Virus record (IMG/VR): IMGVR_UViG_3300037882_001089
Coordinates: 1-63,999 of that record
Strand: one strand, 5' to 3'
From: a virus
Lineage: Duplodnaviria; Caudoviricetes
DNA: 63,999 nt
Shown here: one piece after another, positions 36,248 through 46,527 of the stretch
Layout: every line of letters starts with the position of its first letter
How positions within the stretch are numbered: the stretch's first letter is position 1
Translations under genes and position numbers: made by a program
The notes under the pieces: generated by a model
Databases searched by the model: none
Told to the model about the DNA's origin: nothing
Seen by the model: only the letters and a program-made list of their open reading frames with translations

Positions 36248-37357
36248 TTATCCTTTTTCTACATCATAGACTACTCCAGTACCTCGATTATCATTAAGTT
36301 GTCGCAAATTATCAGGTTGAATGTTTTTAGCTATTTTATCGTCGAGTTCAAGTTGTTTAGCCATTCCTCGTGCGTATGCTTTATTTAATTCAGCTTCGTG
36401 ATTTGCACCCATGTAAAGAAATTTATGAAACCCAATTGGGTCTTTTAAAACTCCTTGCTCATCAAAGTACTTTTTCGTAAAATTATCAGTTGATAATTGC
36501 ATATTCTTAGTTTCTTCTAAATTGTTAGGTTTAAATGAAACTTCCTCAAAACCTATTTCTTCATTGCCTAATTTAACTTTGAAACCTTCAAAGCCTTTAT
36601 TAAATAAATTTTCAGTTTTGCTTTCGTAATCTGCTCTTTTCAGTAAATAATCTTTCTCAATTTCTTGTTCGTTTAAATCTAATTCTTCAATTTTCTTTAA
36701 AGCCTCTCTATACTTAGAAGGAATAAAATCGTCAGAACCTCCAACGGAATTAAACTCCTCTTTACGTTTAGCGAAAAACTCATCAGCTAATTTAGAATCA
36801 GTTTTCGTATTAATGCCTCTATCCAAAATTTCATTTTCGTCATCTTCGGGGTCAAGACCTTCTGTGTTATATTTTTTATCGTAGATTCTCTGAACCTCTT
36901 TATCAGATAAACTTGGATTAGATAGTCGTATAAATGATTTTAATTTCACATCTACTTCTTCTGTTGTCCAATCTTTTTGAGTTTCTAAGTAATCATTGTA
37001 ATTTGTATTTCCAGTTTTTTCAATGAACTCATTAAATTTCTCCATTTGTGGAGCATATTTCTTTTGTTCTTTTGGAGTAAGTAATTCCTTTAAATCTTCT
37101 ACCGAAACTCCTTTTTGTTTAGCAATATGTTCTAATGCTAAATCCTCGTTTAATTCAGTATATTCATAATCATCCTCTTGTTCAGATTCCAATTCTTTTT
37201 TTTCAACTACTTCTTCTTCTATCTCCTCTTGTTGAACTTCTTGCTCAGAAACAATCTCTTTTTGTTCAACAACATTATCTATTTCTTCTTCGTCAAAACT
37301 AAAAGCTACTCTTGTAACTTCCGAATCTTGTTCTAAGTTTTCGTTTTCTTCTGTCAT
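36248..37357 (-). CDS. putative scaffolding protein
   Basis: Very acidic N-terminus; between portal and capsid genes. Confidence 0.6.
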   Translation of the reverse strand: MTEENENLEQDSEVTRVAFSFDEEEIDNVVEQKEIVSEQEVQQEEIEEEVVEKKELESEQEDDYEYTELNEDLALEHIAKQKGVSVEDLKELLTPKEQKKYAPQMEKFNEFIEKTGNTNYNDYLETQKDWTTEEVDVKLKSFIRLSNPSLSDKEVQRIYDKKYNTEGLDPEDDENEILDRGINTKTDSKLADEFFAKRKEEFNSVGGSDDFIPSKYREALKKIEELDLNEQEIEKDYLLKRADYESKTENLFNKGFEGFKVKLGNEEIGFEEVSFKPNNLEETKNMQLSTDNFTKKYFDEQGVLKDPIGFHKFLYMGANHEAELNKAYARGMAKQLELDDKIAKNIQPDNLRQLNDNRGTGVVYDVEKG

Positions 37358-37397
37358 TTTTATTTGATTTAATTTGAATGAATTATTTTATTATAAT

Positions 37398-37742
37398 CTA
37401 CTTATTATACCTTTTATTAGTAGAATTGTATTTACGCATTTTATTAGTTTGATTTGCAGATGGCATATTATCTTCTTTTACAAAATCCCTATCCGTATTA
37501 ACATTTATACCTTTAGCGGGGTCTTTATAATAGATATAAGAGCCTCTTTCTCCTTTTGCGTTTTCAACTCCTTTTTGCACATACTTTACATCAGCTTTTA
37601 AATCTGATAAATTTCTATTTTCGACACCTTTTGTATCAATAATAGCTGTTTTTGAAAGTTTTGCAACTTCTTCTTTTGGTTTTTCTGATAATGGTTTTTT
37701 TATTTTTACCATTACTTTTTTTGGTTTATCTTTATCAGCCAT
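37398..37742 (-). CDS. basic hypothetical protein
   Basis: Lys-rich ORF downstream of a TACATTTG promoter element (37768-37775). Confidence 0.6.
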   Translation of the reverse strand: MADKDKPKKVMVKIKKPLSEKPKEEVAKLSKTAIIDTKGVENRNLSDLKADVKYVQKGVENAKGERGSYIYYKDPAKGINVNTDRDFVKEDNMPSANQTNKMRKYNSTNKRYNK

Positions 37743-37816
37743 AGCTATTTATGTGTTTAAATTATTACAAATGTAAAAAAAATTATCCGTTTGTTGTCGT
37801 TTGTACGCGCATTTTT

Positions 37817-40255
37817 TTATTCTTCATCTTCCATTTCAAATATTTGGTCAACTTCTGCATTAGCTTTGAAATTAATTGGCTCTTTACCTTTTGCTCGTTG
37901 GTCTGTTATTTGGGAATGAATATTTCCTTGTTCTAAAATATTTTCTTTTTTGTTTTTTTCGATAGTTTCTAATTTTTTAACTGACCCATCATTAATTACA
38001 TATTGAAGTTCAATTGCATTTTTACCTTTTAATTCCTCAGTTAATCTACTTTCTTGACCTTGTGTTTGTTCTTTAGCAATTAAACCTTCATTTATATTTT
38101 TGTATTTAATTGCATCTGCGTCCATTTGCATTTGTATAGTTTGTTGTTTAAACTTTTCTGCTTCTTGACTTGCTCTAATATTTTCATCTGATTGCATTTT
38201 AAACTTATTAGCTTCGGCTTCTTCTTTTTTCTTCTCTCCTTTTTTAATTAAAATTCCTAAATACTGAATTGCTAAATCTAATATTTTAATATCTCTAACC
38301 TTATATTTATCAGTTAATGAAATATATCCTGCTTCAACCACCATAGACAAATCTTTATTTAATTCAGCTCTTTCCTCATCATCTAATTCCAATGTTAAGA
38401 ATATAGCAAAATCACTTAAATGTAAGTCTTTAATAGAGTCTAAATCAGAAACGGCAGTTGCTCCAATCTTTCTGATTAAATCTTCTCTTAGACTTGGGTA
38501 ATATTTTAAAATATCCGAAATTCTATAACTTACCGCTTCCGCAGTTTTTAAATGTAAATACCCTGCTCCATCTAAAATATGTCTTGTTGCTACATTTGAA
38601 TTTAAGGCGGCTAATTTTTGAATCCCCACCAAACTATCTTTATCAGGAGTTGTTGCATCAGAAGCCTTGTTCAAGCCTATTACATCGGTTAATTGAGTTA
38701 AATAATAATTGCTTTCATTTCTTAATGCGGTTAGCTTGTTTATACTGTCACCAGTTCTTATTTCTGTAAATGGTTTTTGAGCATTGTTAAAATCTCCATT
38801 ATTACCATAACTTCTATAAAAGAACGAACCTTTTTGTAGGTACATATTAAATTGTTCTTGTGGGGAATTAGCTTTCCCATCCCCTAAATCAATTTCGGCA
38901 ATAGCGTCTAAATCTACCGCAATACCATCAGGCGTAATTCCTTGTATAATTTGTTCTGCTTTTAACTCACATACATTTCTTAAATCCTCAATTGGTATCA
39001 TTAATGATACGCAAGAGATTATTTTACCGTTGTACATTTGCGGTGCAACGATGTTAATTGTGTCGCATACTTTTTGTTTATTAGATTTTGGGCGAGCCAT
39101 TGATTTAGCAACTTCCCATTTTAATAAAATCTGAGTACCCAAAACCATACATCCTTCAAACAAAACTTCTTCTACAATTGAAGCTCTTTCGTATTTATCT
39201 TTTTTATTCTTTTTACTTTCGTCAAAAAACTCATTGGCATTAGAAATTAATATTCCGCCATCTGATTTTTCTTTCATTTTCTTTGCTCTCTCTCTTGTAG
39301 TTTTAAAAGTAAAGAATAATAAGTTTACAGTTCCTTTTAAAGTTCTATTATTTAAAGCCTCAGTTGTTCCTTGATAGTTTCTCCAAATCTCCGCAGAATT
39401 AGCAATAGCTTCTTTTTCTTCGGAAGTTAAATTTGGATATTGTACATAAATATCACTTAGTAAAGTGTTTTTTACATATCCTTTATAAAAACAATCTCTA
39501 AAATAAGGGTCTTTAGTATTAGAATAAACAATGTCTAACGGGTCAATTCTATCTATTGTTATTCCTTTTGCGCTATGGAAGTTATTAGTAGTACAAGCAA
39601 TCCCTAATTCTACTAAATCTCTTTTAACTTCTCTATCAACGGTAAGCTCGTAAGTATTTTCTTCCATTACAGAAGCAATAGCTAATTCATTTGATAAACA
39701 GTTTGAAGGCTTCCACTCCATTTGTAAATGAATATTTAACTCATCTTTATTCTCAGGCAAATCTTCTGTTGGCATTGACCCAATATCAATCCCTTGTGTT
39801 TGTTTTACCAAGTCTATAATCTCCTTAGAGTTCATATCCTCTTCAATTCTTTTTCTATATGATTGGAAGGCTTGTTGAGATATTGGGTCAATTGCTTTTG
39901 CTCCAATAGTGGCTTTTCTACCACACATCCCATTAACTAATAGATTTACAAGTTTAGGTACGGTTGTAAGTGGTTTTTTGCTTAAATTTAATAAAGATAC
40001 ATCACCATTAGTTCCCAATTTGGGATAATACTTCTTCATATCTATATTCCCAATAGCATAATTTCTTCTTTCCAAGAAATCTAATTGCGAAGTATAAAAT
40101 CTACAAGAACCATTAGAACCTTTATAAAACCAATCTGAGTATATAGCATTCCCAACTGCTCTACCATAATCCATACTTTCCTTTATTGCAAAAGAATCAT
40201 TTTGACTTGGGTACTTAGCTACTGCCGAAATTTTAAATGGCGATTTATCTGTCAT
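37817..40255 (-). CDS. portal protein
   Basis: 812 aa directly after terminase; RRNYAIG, PKLVNLLVNGM, GLNKASDATTPD...LVG motifs; coiled-coil C-terminus. Confidence 0.85.
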   Translation of the reverse strand: MTDKSPFKISAVAKYPSQNDSFAIKESMDYGRAVGNAIYSDWFYKGSNGSCRFYTSQLDFLERRNYAIGNIDMKKYYPKLGTNGDVSLLNLSKKPLTTVPKLVNLLVNGMCGRKATIGAKAIDPISQQAFQSYRKRIEEDMNSKEIIDLVKQTQGIDIGSMPTEDLPENKDELNIHLQMEWKPSNCLSNELAIASVMEENTYELTVDREVKRDLVELGIACTTNNFHSAKGITIDRIDPLDIVYSNTKDPYFRDCFYKGYVKNTLLSDIYVQYPNLTSEEKEAIANSAEIWRNYQGTTEALNNRTLKGTVNLLFFTFKTTRERAKKMKEKSDGGILISNANEFFDESKKNKKDKYERASIVEEVLFEGCMVLGTQILLKWEVAKSMARPKSNKQKVCDTINIVAPQMYNGKIISCVSLMIPIEDLRNVCELKAEQIIQGITPDGIAVDLDAIAEIDLGDGKANSPQEQFNMYLQKGSFFYRSYGNNGDFNNAQKPFTEIRTGDSINKLTALRNESNYYLTQLTDVIGLNKASDATTPDKDSLVGIQKLAALNSNVATRHILDGAGYLHLKTAEAVSYRISDILKYYPSLREDLIRKIGATAVSDLDSIKDLHLSDFAIFLTLELDDEERAELNKDLSMVVEAGYISLTDKYKVRDIKILDLAIQYLGILIKKGEKKKEEAEANKFKMQSDENIRASQEAEKFKQQTIQMQMDADAIKYKNINEGLIAKEQTQGQESRLTEELKGKNAIELQYVINDGSVKKLETIEKNKKENILEQGNIHSQITDQRAKGKEPINFKANAEVDQIFEMEDEE

Positions 40256-40258
40256 AAT

Positions 40259-42916
40259 CTATGTATATCTTTGTAATTTTAATACTAATGGTTTTCTTTC
40301 TTGTTCTTTTGGGGCGTATGATTTTCTGTTTAATCCCATTAAAGCATATCCTGATGCAATTGTAATATCAAATTTTTCACGTTTTGCAATGTTGAATTTA
40401 GCCCAATCTTTCAATGTTCTATCAAATGGCATACTACCTATTTCTCCTTCTTCTCGTATAGCTATGGAGCTTTGTCCTTGACTATATTTACCAACATATT
40501 TTAAAATATATGATTCTATTCCAGTTGCGTGTGAAGTTATAACATCTTTTGAAGACGATGGTATTCCTCCTAATAATTTTTCAGTATCAGATAGTTTATT
40601 AGTTGGCTTATCAGGTCTTGTTATAGAAAATCCTCTATATCCTCTGTTTTTAAAATGATATAACATTCTCGTTTTGTTATTCTCTATTAAAATAGGCATA
40701 CCAAAAAACACACAAGCCATTAAAGCATCCTCATAAAATATTTCTGCTTCTTCGGGTCTTGTTAAATATTCTAAAAAGAAATAGTTACTAGGGGCATTTC
40801 TAATAGTAGTTCCTGTAACACCTGATAATGCACCTCTTGAACCACCTGAATGTTCTTGACCATTTTCTGTATTTTCTAATACACTATCATTGGTAGAATC
40901 CATATCATAGTTATCCGCTCCTAAACACCCTAAATCGTCGTTTAAAGGATGAAAACTCATTCCTCCAAATTGATTACGTCTAAACTCAATATTATTAGTT
41001 TTTACATCAACTCCATCAGGAATCCAAGATAATAAAAACCTACCATTAGTCATAGGATTCCAAAGTACTTTTGTGTCTTTTATTCCATTCTCCCAACTAA
41101 AATTACCTCTTACCAAATTATTTTTAATATCGTAATCTTGATTATAATCTATTTGGTCATTTAACTTTTGTTGGTCAAATGCTGAATCTACCGCTTCATC
41201 TCTAAAAGCATCTTGTTTTGTAATTGGGTCTAAACGTCTTGCGTTCCAATAATATTTATCCCCTAATGCTTTTGCTGAGGCAAACTCATTTTCTAAAAAT
41301 TGTAAAGAACCCTGTGTTTGTTTTATTCCTTGTGCATTATAAAATGATTCACCTTTAGGTACAGTTGTATGGCAAACCCCATATTTATCTGTATAATCCT
41401 CCATATTTTGATGTGCTGGTAAAAAATAGGAATATAAACCAGTTGTTGTTCTGTCATTAGCGTTTCTTTTTAATACATTTGAACCTTTTTCTAATGTTTC
41501 AAATTCTTTACCACCTTTATCTTTTGGGTTTAAAGTAGAACCAATAAATGCCTTTCCTACAACTCTACCCCCTTGAACCATTGTTGGTTTGACGTTACTC
41601 CAATGGTCAACATAATTATTTGGTCTTTCCCATTTACCAGCTTCATCTCCTAAATACATTTTCATCGCAACAGAGTCATACGCAAGTGTAGATGTAGCTC
41701 TATAATCTATTAATGTATTTAAATAGTCATTAGTAGAAGTGTCTTTTATTTTTTTATTTGCCTTTGTATTGTCGGATGGTTTTCCAAAAAACATTTTCTT
41801 AATATCATCTATCTTTCCTTTTACTACTGGTTGAAAGAAAAATGGTAAATTCTGAATAATATATGAGTATTTTGTAAATGCCACAATAGCATCATCACCA
41901 GTTTTAGAAGTTATACCGTATTTTTTATTTTTTGTGCTTGTGGAGTCATCTACAATATGGTCAAGTGCCATTTCAGTAAAACCAGTTCTACGACCTTTTG
42001 TAAAAAAGAATCCTACACTTCTCGGGTCAACTAAACACGCTTTTGCAAAATAATACATATTTGCTTGTGCCATACGGAACTCTTTATACCCTCCAGTTTC
42101 AATCATTTCATTCCACATTAACCCCATGTAATGTGCTGGAGTCAAATAAACTGCCTCCCCATTATTCATAAACCAAAGTCCTTCACGACGACGACGAAAC
42201 TCCTCTACAATATAATCTGTAAATGCTTCTTCTGTTTCAGGAGTCAATCCATTTGGTGGTTCAGGTCTTATCCAATATTGTTGCTCTTTAGGTTTTCTAT
42301 GGAATAAAATTTCTGTGTTTTTTGGTTTTTTAGGAAGCATTATGTTTAAACCATCTAATGTAATAACTTTTCCTTTTGTTCCTTTAGGACAAATCATTAC
42401 ACTATTAGTTTCCTCATCATACCATTCCTTATGATAGTTTTTTAATGGTAAAAACTCTTGATTAGCAAATTTCTCAGGAAATCCTCTCTTGAAATCACGC
42501 TCATTTAAGTCAAACTTATCTACTTCTAATTGAAGTTTTAACTCTTTATTTCCAGCATCAATATCGGTAATAGCTTTTAGAATAATTGGCTTACTTCTAA
42601 TTGCAGAACCATATTTTTCAGGGTCTAATTCCGAAAAATCAATTTTCTTTTTTAAAGCATTTCTAAGAACACTTACAGAAGATTCTCCCGCAGTAACTAA
42701 TCTTTCAATATAGCCTTTTAATTTTTCGTGACTTGGGGAATTTGGAGAGTTTTGCCACGAAACTAATAACTGTTTTATAGCTGTAAAAGAATCAATACGA
42801 GATTTAACAAGATTAGTCAGTTTCTCATCATCGACGTTTAAAACGTCAACTGTCAAAATCATCCCTTCAAGAGCGTTCTGAATTGATACTTCTATTTCTT
42901 CTGATAATCCAATCAT
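40259..42916 (-). CDS. terminase large subunit with extended N-terminus
   Basis: EEFRRRREGLWF, Walker A-like KGRRTGFT, Walker B LGDEAGKW, nuclease GADNYD, ILIENNK, FDITIASG. Confidence 0.9.
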   Translation of the reverse strand: MIGLSEEIEVSIQNALEGMILTVDVLNVDDEKLTNLVKSRIDSFTAIKQLLVSWQNSPNSPSHEKLKGYIERLVTAGESSVSVLRNALKKKIDFSELDPEKYGSAIRSKPIILKAITDIDAGNKELKLQLEVDKFDLNERDFKRGFPEKFANQEFLPLKNYHKEWYDEETNSVMICPKGTKGKVITLDGLNIMLPKKPKNTEILFHRKPKEQQYWIRPEPPNGLTPETEEAFTDYIVEEFRRRREGLWFMNNGEAVYLTPAHYMGLMWNEMIETGGYKEFRMAQANMYYFAKACLVDPRSVGFFFTKGRRTGFTEMALDHIVDDSTSTKNKKYGITSKTGDDAIVAFTKYSYIIQNLPFFFQPVVKGKIDDIKKMFFGKPSDNTKANKKIKDTSTNDYLNTLIDYRATSTLAYDSVAMKMYLGDEAGKWERPNNYVDHWSNVKPTMVQGGRVVGKAFIGSTLNPKDKGGKEFETLEKGSNVLKRNANDRTTTGLYSYFLPAHQNMEDYTDKYGVCHTTVPKGESFYNAQGIKQTQGSLQFLENEFASAKALGDKYYWNARRLDPITKQDAFRDEAVDSAFDQQKLNDQIDYNQDYDIKNNLVRGNFSWENGIKDTKVLWNPMTNGRFLLSWIPDGVDVKTNNIEFRRNQFGGMSFHPLNDDLGCLGADNYDMDSTNDSVLENTENGQEHSGGSRGALSGVTGTTIRNAPSNYFFLEYLTRPEEAEIFYEDALMACVFFGMPILIENNKTRMLYHFKNRGYRGFSITRPDKPTNKLSDTEKLLGGIPSSSKDVITSHATGIESYILKYVGKYSQGQSSIAIREEGEIGSMPFDRTLKDWAKFNIAKREKFDITIASGYALMGLNRKSYAPKEQERKPLVLKLQRYT

Positions 42917-43477
42917 TTATTCTAATTTACATAAAATGTTCCTGTTTCTCATTCTGTACGAAACTTCTCCGTTTATATCGAATGGGTATTCAGAATCTTT
43001 TTTAAATGCTATTTTATCTCCTTTGAAAACATTATTTCTATTAAGAGTTTTGTTGTCATACTTTACTATTCCTACGTGCTGAACTTCGGTTTTTCCAATC
43101 CACTTCTTTTCTTCAAAGATAGGCTCTACAAAACAAAAATCATCTACTCCCAAAAACTCATTATCTTTAATAATCAAAAATACTAATTCAACTGCACATT
43201 GATACAAGTTATCTTTAATATGGAAATCACTTTTTCTTGTTAATCCTTTCCCATCAAAGTAATCTCTAAATACATTATGCTGAACTACTACTTTATCTCC
43301 TTTTTGAATAATTCCTTCATAATCTAACGGAATCTCCTCAACAACACCTACTCTATTTACATTTTCTGCATACTCAATAGAGGTATTAATTACTAAATCT
43401 TTTCCATTTACTTCTTTAGTAGTTTTGAAGTTTTCTCCACCATAAGGACTTATTACAAACTTAGTAGGGAATCTCAT
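42917..43477 (-). CDS. tandem GroES-like domain protein
   Basis: Two repeats of GVV...KGDKV/I (RVGVVEEIP...QKGDKVVV; HVGIVKY...FKGDKIAF). Confidence 0.55.
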   Translation of the reverse strand: MRFPTKFVISPYGGENFKTTKEVNGKDLVINTSIEYAENVNRVGVVEEIPLDYEGIIQKGDKVVVQHNVFRDYFDGKGLTRKSDFHIKDNLYQCAVELVFLIIKDNEFLGVDDFCFVEPIFEEKKWIGKTEVQHVGIVKYDNKTLNRNNVFKGDKIAFKKDSEYPFDINGEVSYRMRNRNILCKLE

Positions 43478-43480
43478 AAT

Positions 43481-43717
43481 CTAATCAATAAAATATTCAA
43501 TAGTAATTCTATCGCTTTTTGGAATCTTTTTCCACTCTTGCGAAATCTCTCCATTTGCAATATATAAAATATAATGATTCTCTGTTTCTGCAATATCACA
43601 TATCGTTCTTAATTGAGATTTACCACCAATAGGCAATCTCCTTTCTTGATTAACATAATAAACAAAAGGCTCTCTATTGAATATGGTTTCTGTTATTTGT
43701 CTGATTCTTTTGTCCAT
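43481..43717 (-). CDS. hypothetical protein
   Basis: Closely packed ORF. Confidence 0.55.
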   Translation of the reverse strand: MDKRIRQITETIFNREPFVYYVNQERRLPIGGKSQLRTICDIAETENHYILYIANGEISQEWKKIPKSDRITIEYFID

Positions 43718-43719
43718 AA

Positions 43720-45723
43720 TTAAATTATATCTAATTTATCAAAATAAGCTGTTCCAGTTGTTCCACCACCAACTCCAGTAGCCGTAAAAATCAATCCTAC
43801 TGTATTTGCGGAAGCTCCAATTAAAGTAAAGTCAGTATCCCCAATATTTAAAATCTCATAATCTTCTCCAACTACAAATGCCCCAGTTGTGATAGTAGTT
43901 CTTTTAATATATTTACATCCTTTAAATAATCCTGCCGTTATAGCTACTTCTTTATTAATGTAAGTAGTTAATGTTTCAACTATTTGTGAATTTATAATAT
44001 TCGTAGTGTTTGGTATTAATACTATTTGAGCACTATCAATATTACCATTTATGTAGTTATTTATTAATTTTAAGTTAGTCCATACAACAGAAATTGATTT
44101 TAACACTTCTTCATAAACAGTCATTCCTAATGCACTATTATTTATTAATATAACGGAAGATTGTGTAGTATCATCATTTGTTATGAAATTTTTAGAATAA
44201 CCTTTAATAATTGAATTTTGAATTGTTAAATTACCAGTATTTGAAATAGTAATAAAATCATCCACAGCATTTGAAATATCTACAATTCCACCATCTAAAT
44301 AACTCTGAATAAGACCATTTACTATATTTAAATAACCTCCTGAAATTATTAATGGTTTTATTGTAGTGTCAAAAGAATTAATATTATCACTGAATTGTAT
44401 TAATACATTATCTCCACTATTGGCATTAATAATACTATTTAAACCACATGTAATTAAATTACTGTTTTTTGTATAAATAGAAGCATTGTCAATTAGATTT
44501 ATATTAGCAACATTCATATCATTGAAATATCCTGCTAAATTTTCTTTATTACACTCAATTAAAGTTCTATTGACATCTGTTGCTTCTAAAGTACTATGAA
44601 GATTACAACTTACTGTAATTTGTTTACCTCTTGATAAATTTGCAGATTGTTGAGTTCCTCTGTTTTTAATACCTCTTTTTTTGCATGAGAATCCACCGCT
44701 ACCTTTTAATGCTATTCTAACTAAATCATTAATTGCAAAAGGAGTCATACCAATAGGAAGTGTTGCATCTGCATCAACATCTAAAAGATAATTACCCGTA
44801 GATGGATTACTTTGTATAAAAACATCTGTATCTACTGTTAAGTTATGTATAGCTAATGAACCTGTAAAAATATTAACATCTTTTAATACTTTTATAGTAT
44901 ATCCTGAATACTGTGGTACAATGTTAGTACCTGTACCAATATAAGCTATAACTGCATTTTGTAAATTTTTAAATGGTTTTATTACCGTTCCTAATTCTTC
45001 ATCATCTGTGTAGTCACTATTAACAATGAATTGTAAAACTTCTGATGATGCAGGATTACTTATTACTATTTCATTGTCGATTATTGAAATATTATGGTCA
45101 GGAGAAGAAATAGTGTAAAATTCTTGTAGTTTAGATATTGAATTAAATCCTTTATAAATTAAAGTTCCATTACCTAAATTAGTTTGAGCCTTTTGTTCTA
45201 TTAATATTTTACCTGTTTCAACATCAACAATTACTTCTTTTGAGATATTTAATCCAGTAGATTCTAAAGAATAATGTTCTTCCCTTCCTGTTACAGAATT
45301 TAATCCTTTAAAAGTGCTTATTCCTCCAGCCAAATTAACTCCTACTAAATCTAACGCAATAAAATCACTTTCTAAAATATCATCTTCGGTAAGTCCTATT
45401 GTTACATTTTGTAGTTTTAATAGGTATTTATCCCCATTAATGTTAAATACTGCAATCTCATATTGTAATATGATAACATTAGGGTCTAATTGATTTGCTA
45501 CTTCGTGTGGTGTAGTTAATATTCCTTCGTAGTTTATTTCAATTATTTTAAGAGTTCCTCCAAGTTCAGGATTTAATCCTTGTAAAATATAATCTCTTAA
45601 ATCTGAAATTTGATAGCTTTTGGTAAACTTTTTGTTAGTATCACCATCAGTACCTCCCAAATAATCATTATCTGAAATATTATTATCGTTAGGATATGCT
45701 ATCTTATTTGATTGCTTTGTCAT
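43720..45723 (-). CDS. tail spike/fibre protein, probably beta-helical
   Basis: GTVIKPFKNLQNAV entry motif; Asn/Ile-rich repeats. Confidence 0.65.
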   Translation of the reverse strand: MTKQSNKIAYPNDNNISDNDYLGGTDGDTNKKFTKSYQISDLRDYILQGLNPELGGTLKIIEINYEGILTTPHEVANQLDPNVIILQYEIAVFNINGDKYLLKLQNVTIGLTEDDILESDFIALDLVGVNLAGGISTFKGLNSVTGREEHYSLESTGLNISKEVIVDVETGKILIEQKAQTNLGNGTLIYKGFNSISKLQEFYTISSPDHNISIIDNEIVISNPASSEVLQFIVNSDYTDDEELGTVIKPFKNLQNAVIAYIGTGTNIVPQYSGYTIKVLKDVNIFTGSLAIHNLTVDTDVFIQSNPSTGNYLLDVDADATLPIGMTPFAINDLVRIALKGSGGFSCKKRGIKNRGTQQSANLSRGKQITVSCNLHSTLEATDVNRTLIECNKENLAGYFNDMNVANINLIDNASIYTKNSNLITCGLNSIINANSGDNVLIQFSDNINSFDTTIKPLIISGGYLNIVNGLIQSYLDGGIVDISNAVDDFITISNTGNLTIQNSIIKGYSKNFITNDDTTQSSVILINNSALGMTVYEEVLKSISVVWTNLKLINNYINGNIDSAQIVLIPNTTNIINSQIVETLTTYINKEVAITAGLFKGCKYIKRTTITTGAFVVGEDYEILNIGDTDFTLIGASANTVGLIFTATGVGGGTTGTAYFDKLDII

Positions 45724-45726
45724 CTT

Positions 45727-46449
45727 TTACTTTATTACATTTTGGTATATTGCACTACTAATTAATGCGCTAATACCGATTATCAAAAATGTTTTTTTTC
45801 TCTTTTCTTTTTGTAATTGTTTTTGAGTATATTTTATTATTTCTTCGTTGTTTTTGTTTTGGATGTCTTTCTCCGAAACTATTGATACAAATACTTCTTT
45901 TTGTTTTTCTAAGTTCCCAATTATAGAATCTTTCTGAACTACAATTTTATCTGTATTTTCTAATATTTTGTTAGTAGTTTTCAATTCTACTTCCAATCCG
46001 TCTTTTTCTACTAACTCAATTATATTTTTCTTTGCAATAGTGTCGGATAGGCAAACTCCTTTCTCCGTTAAATTAACACCTTCTTTATCTTTATATCTAT
46101 CTACATAGTACTTTGAAATATCAGTAGGCTTAAATCTTTTAACCAATTCAACGTTGTTTTTAGTTTTCTCATTTGATATTGCGATTTGCGATTTATACTT
46201 TTCGTTAATAGTTTTTAATCTACTAACGCTATCTTTTATCTTGTTATTAGTGTTTTCTAAACTATTAATTTTCTTGTAATAATCAACAACTTTTTTTTTA
46301 GAAATATTATTCTCTTTTTTTAAGGAATTATTTGCTAATCTTAAATCCGAATTACTATTACATTGCATCAAAACTACTAAACCTAAAACTCCAATAATAA
46401 TATACAGTTTGTTTCTATTTAAAAAACTAATAATATCTAAATTTACCAT
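45727..46449 (-). CDS. putative spanin-like membrane coiled-coil protein
   Basis: N- and C-terminal hydrophobic segments flanking a long coiled coil; near the lysis genes. Confidence 0.5.
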   Translation of the reverse strand: MVNLDIISFLNRNKLYIIIGVLGLVVLMQCNSNSDLRLANNSLKKENNISKKKVVDYYKKINSLENTNNKIKDSVSRLKTINEKYKSQIAISNEKTKNNVELVKRFKPTDISKYYVDRYKDKEGVNLTEKGVCLSDTIAKKNIIELVEKDGLEVELKTTNKILENTDKIVVQKDSIIGNLEKQKEVFVSIVSEKDIQNKNNEEIIKYTQKQLQKEKRKKTFLIIGISALISSAIYQNVIK

Positions 46450-46527
46450 AACTAACTAAATTTTACTAAATTATACTACAAAAATAAGTATTTTATCAAT
46501 AGATTCTTATATTATTATATATACATT

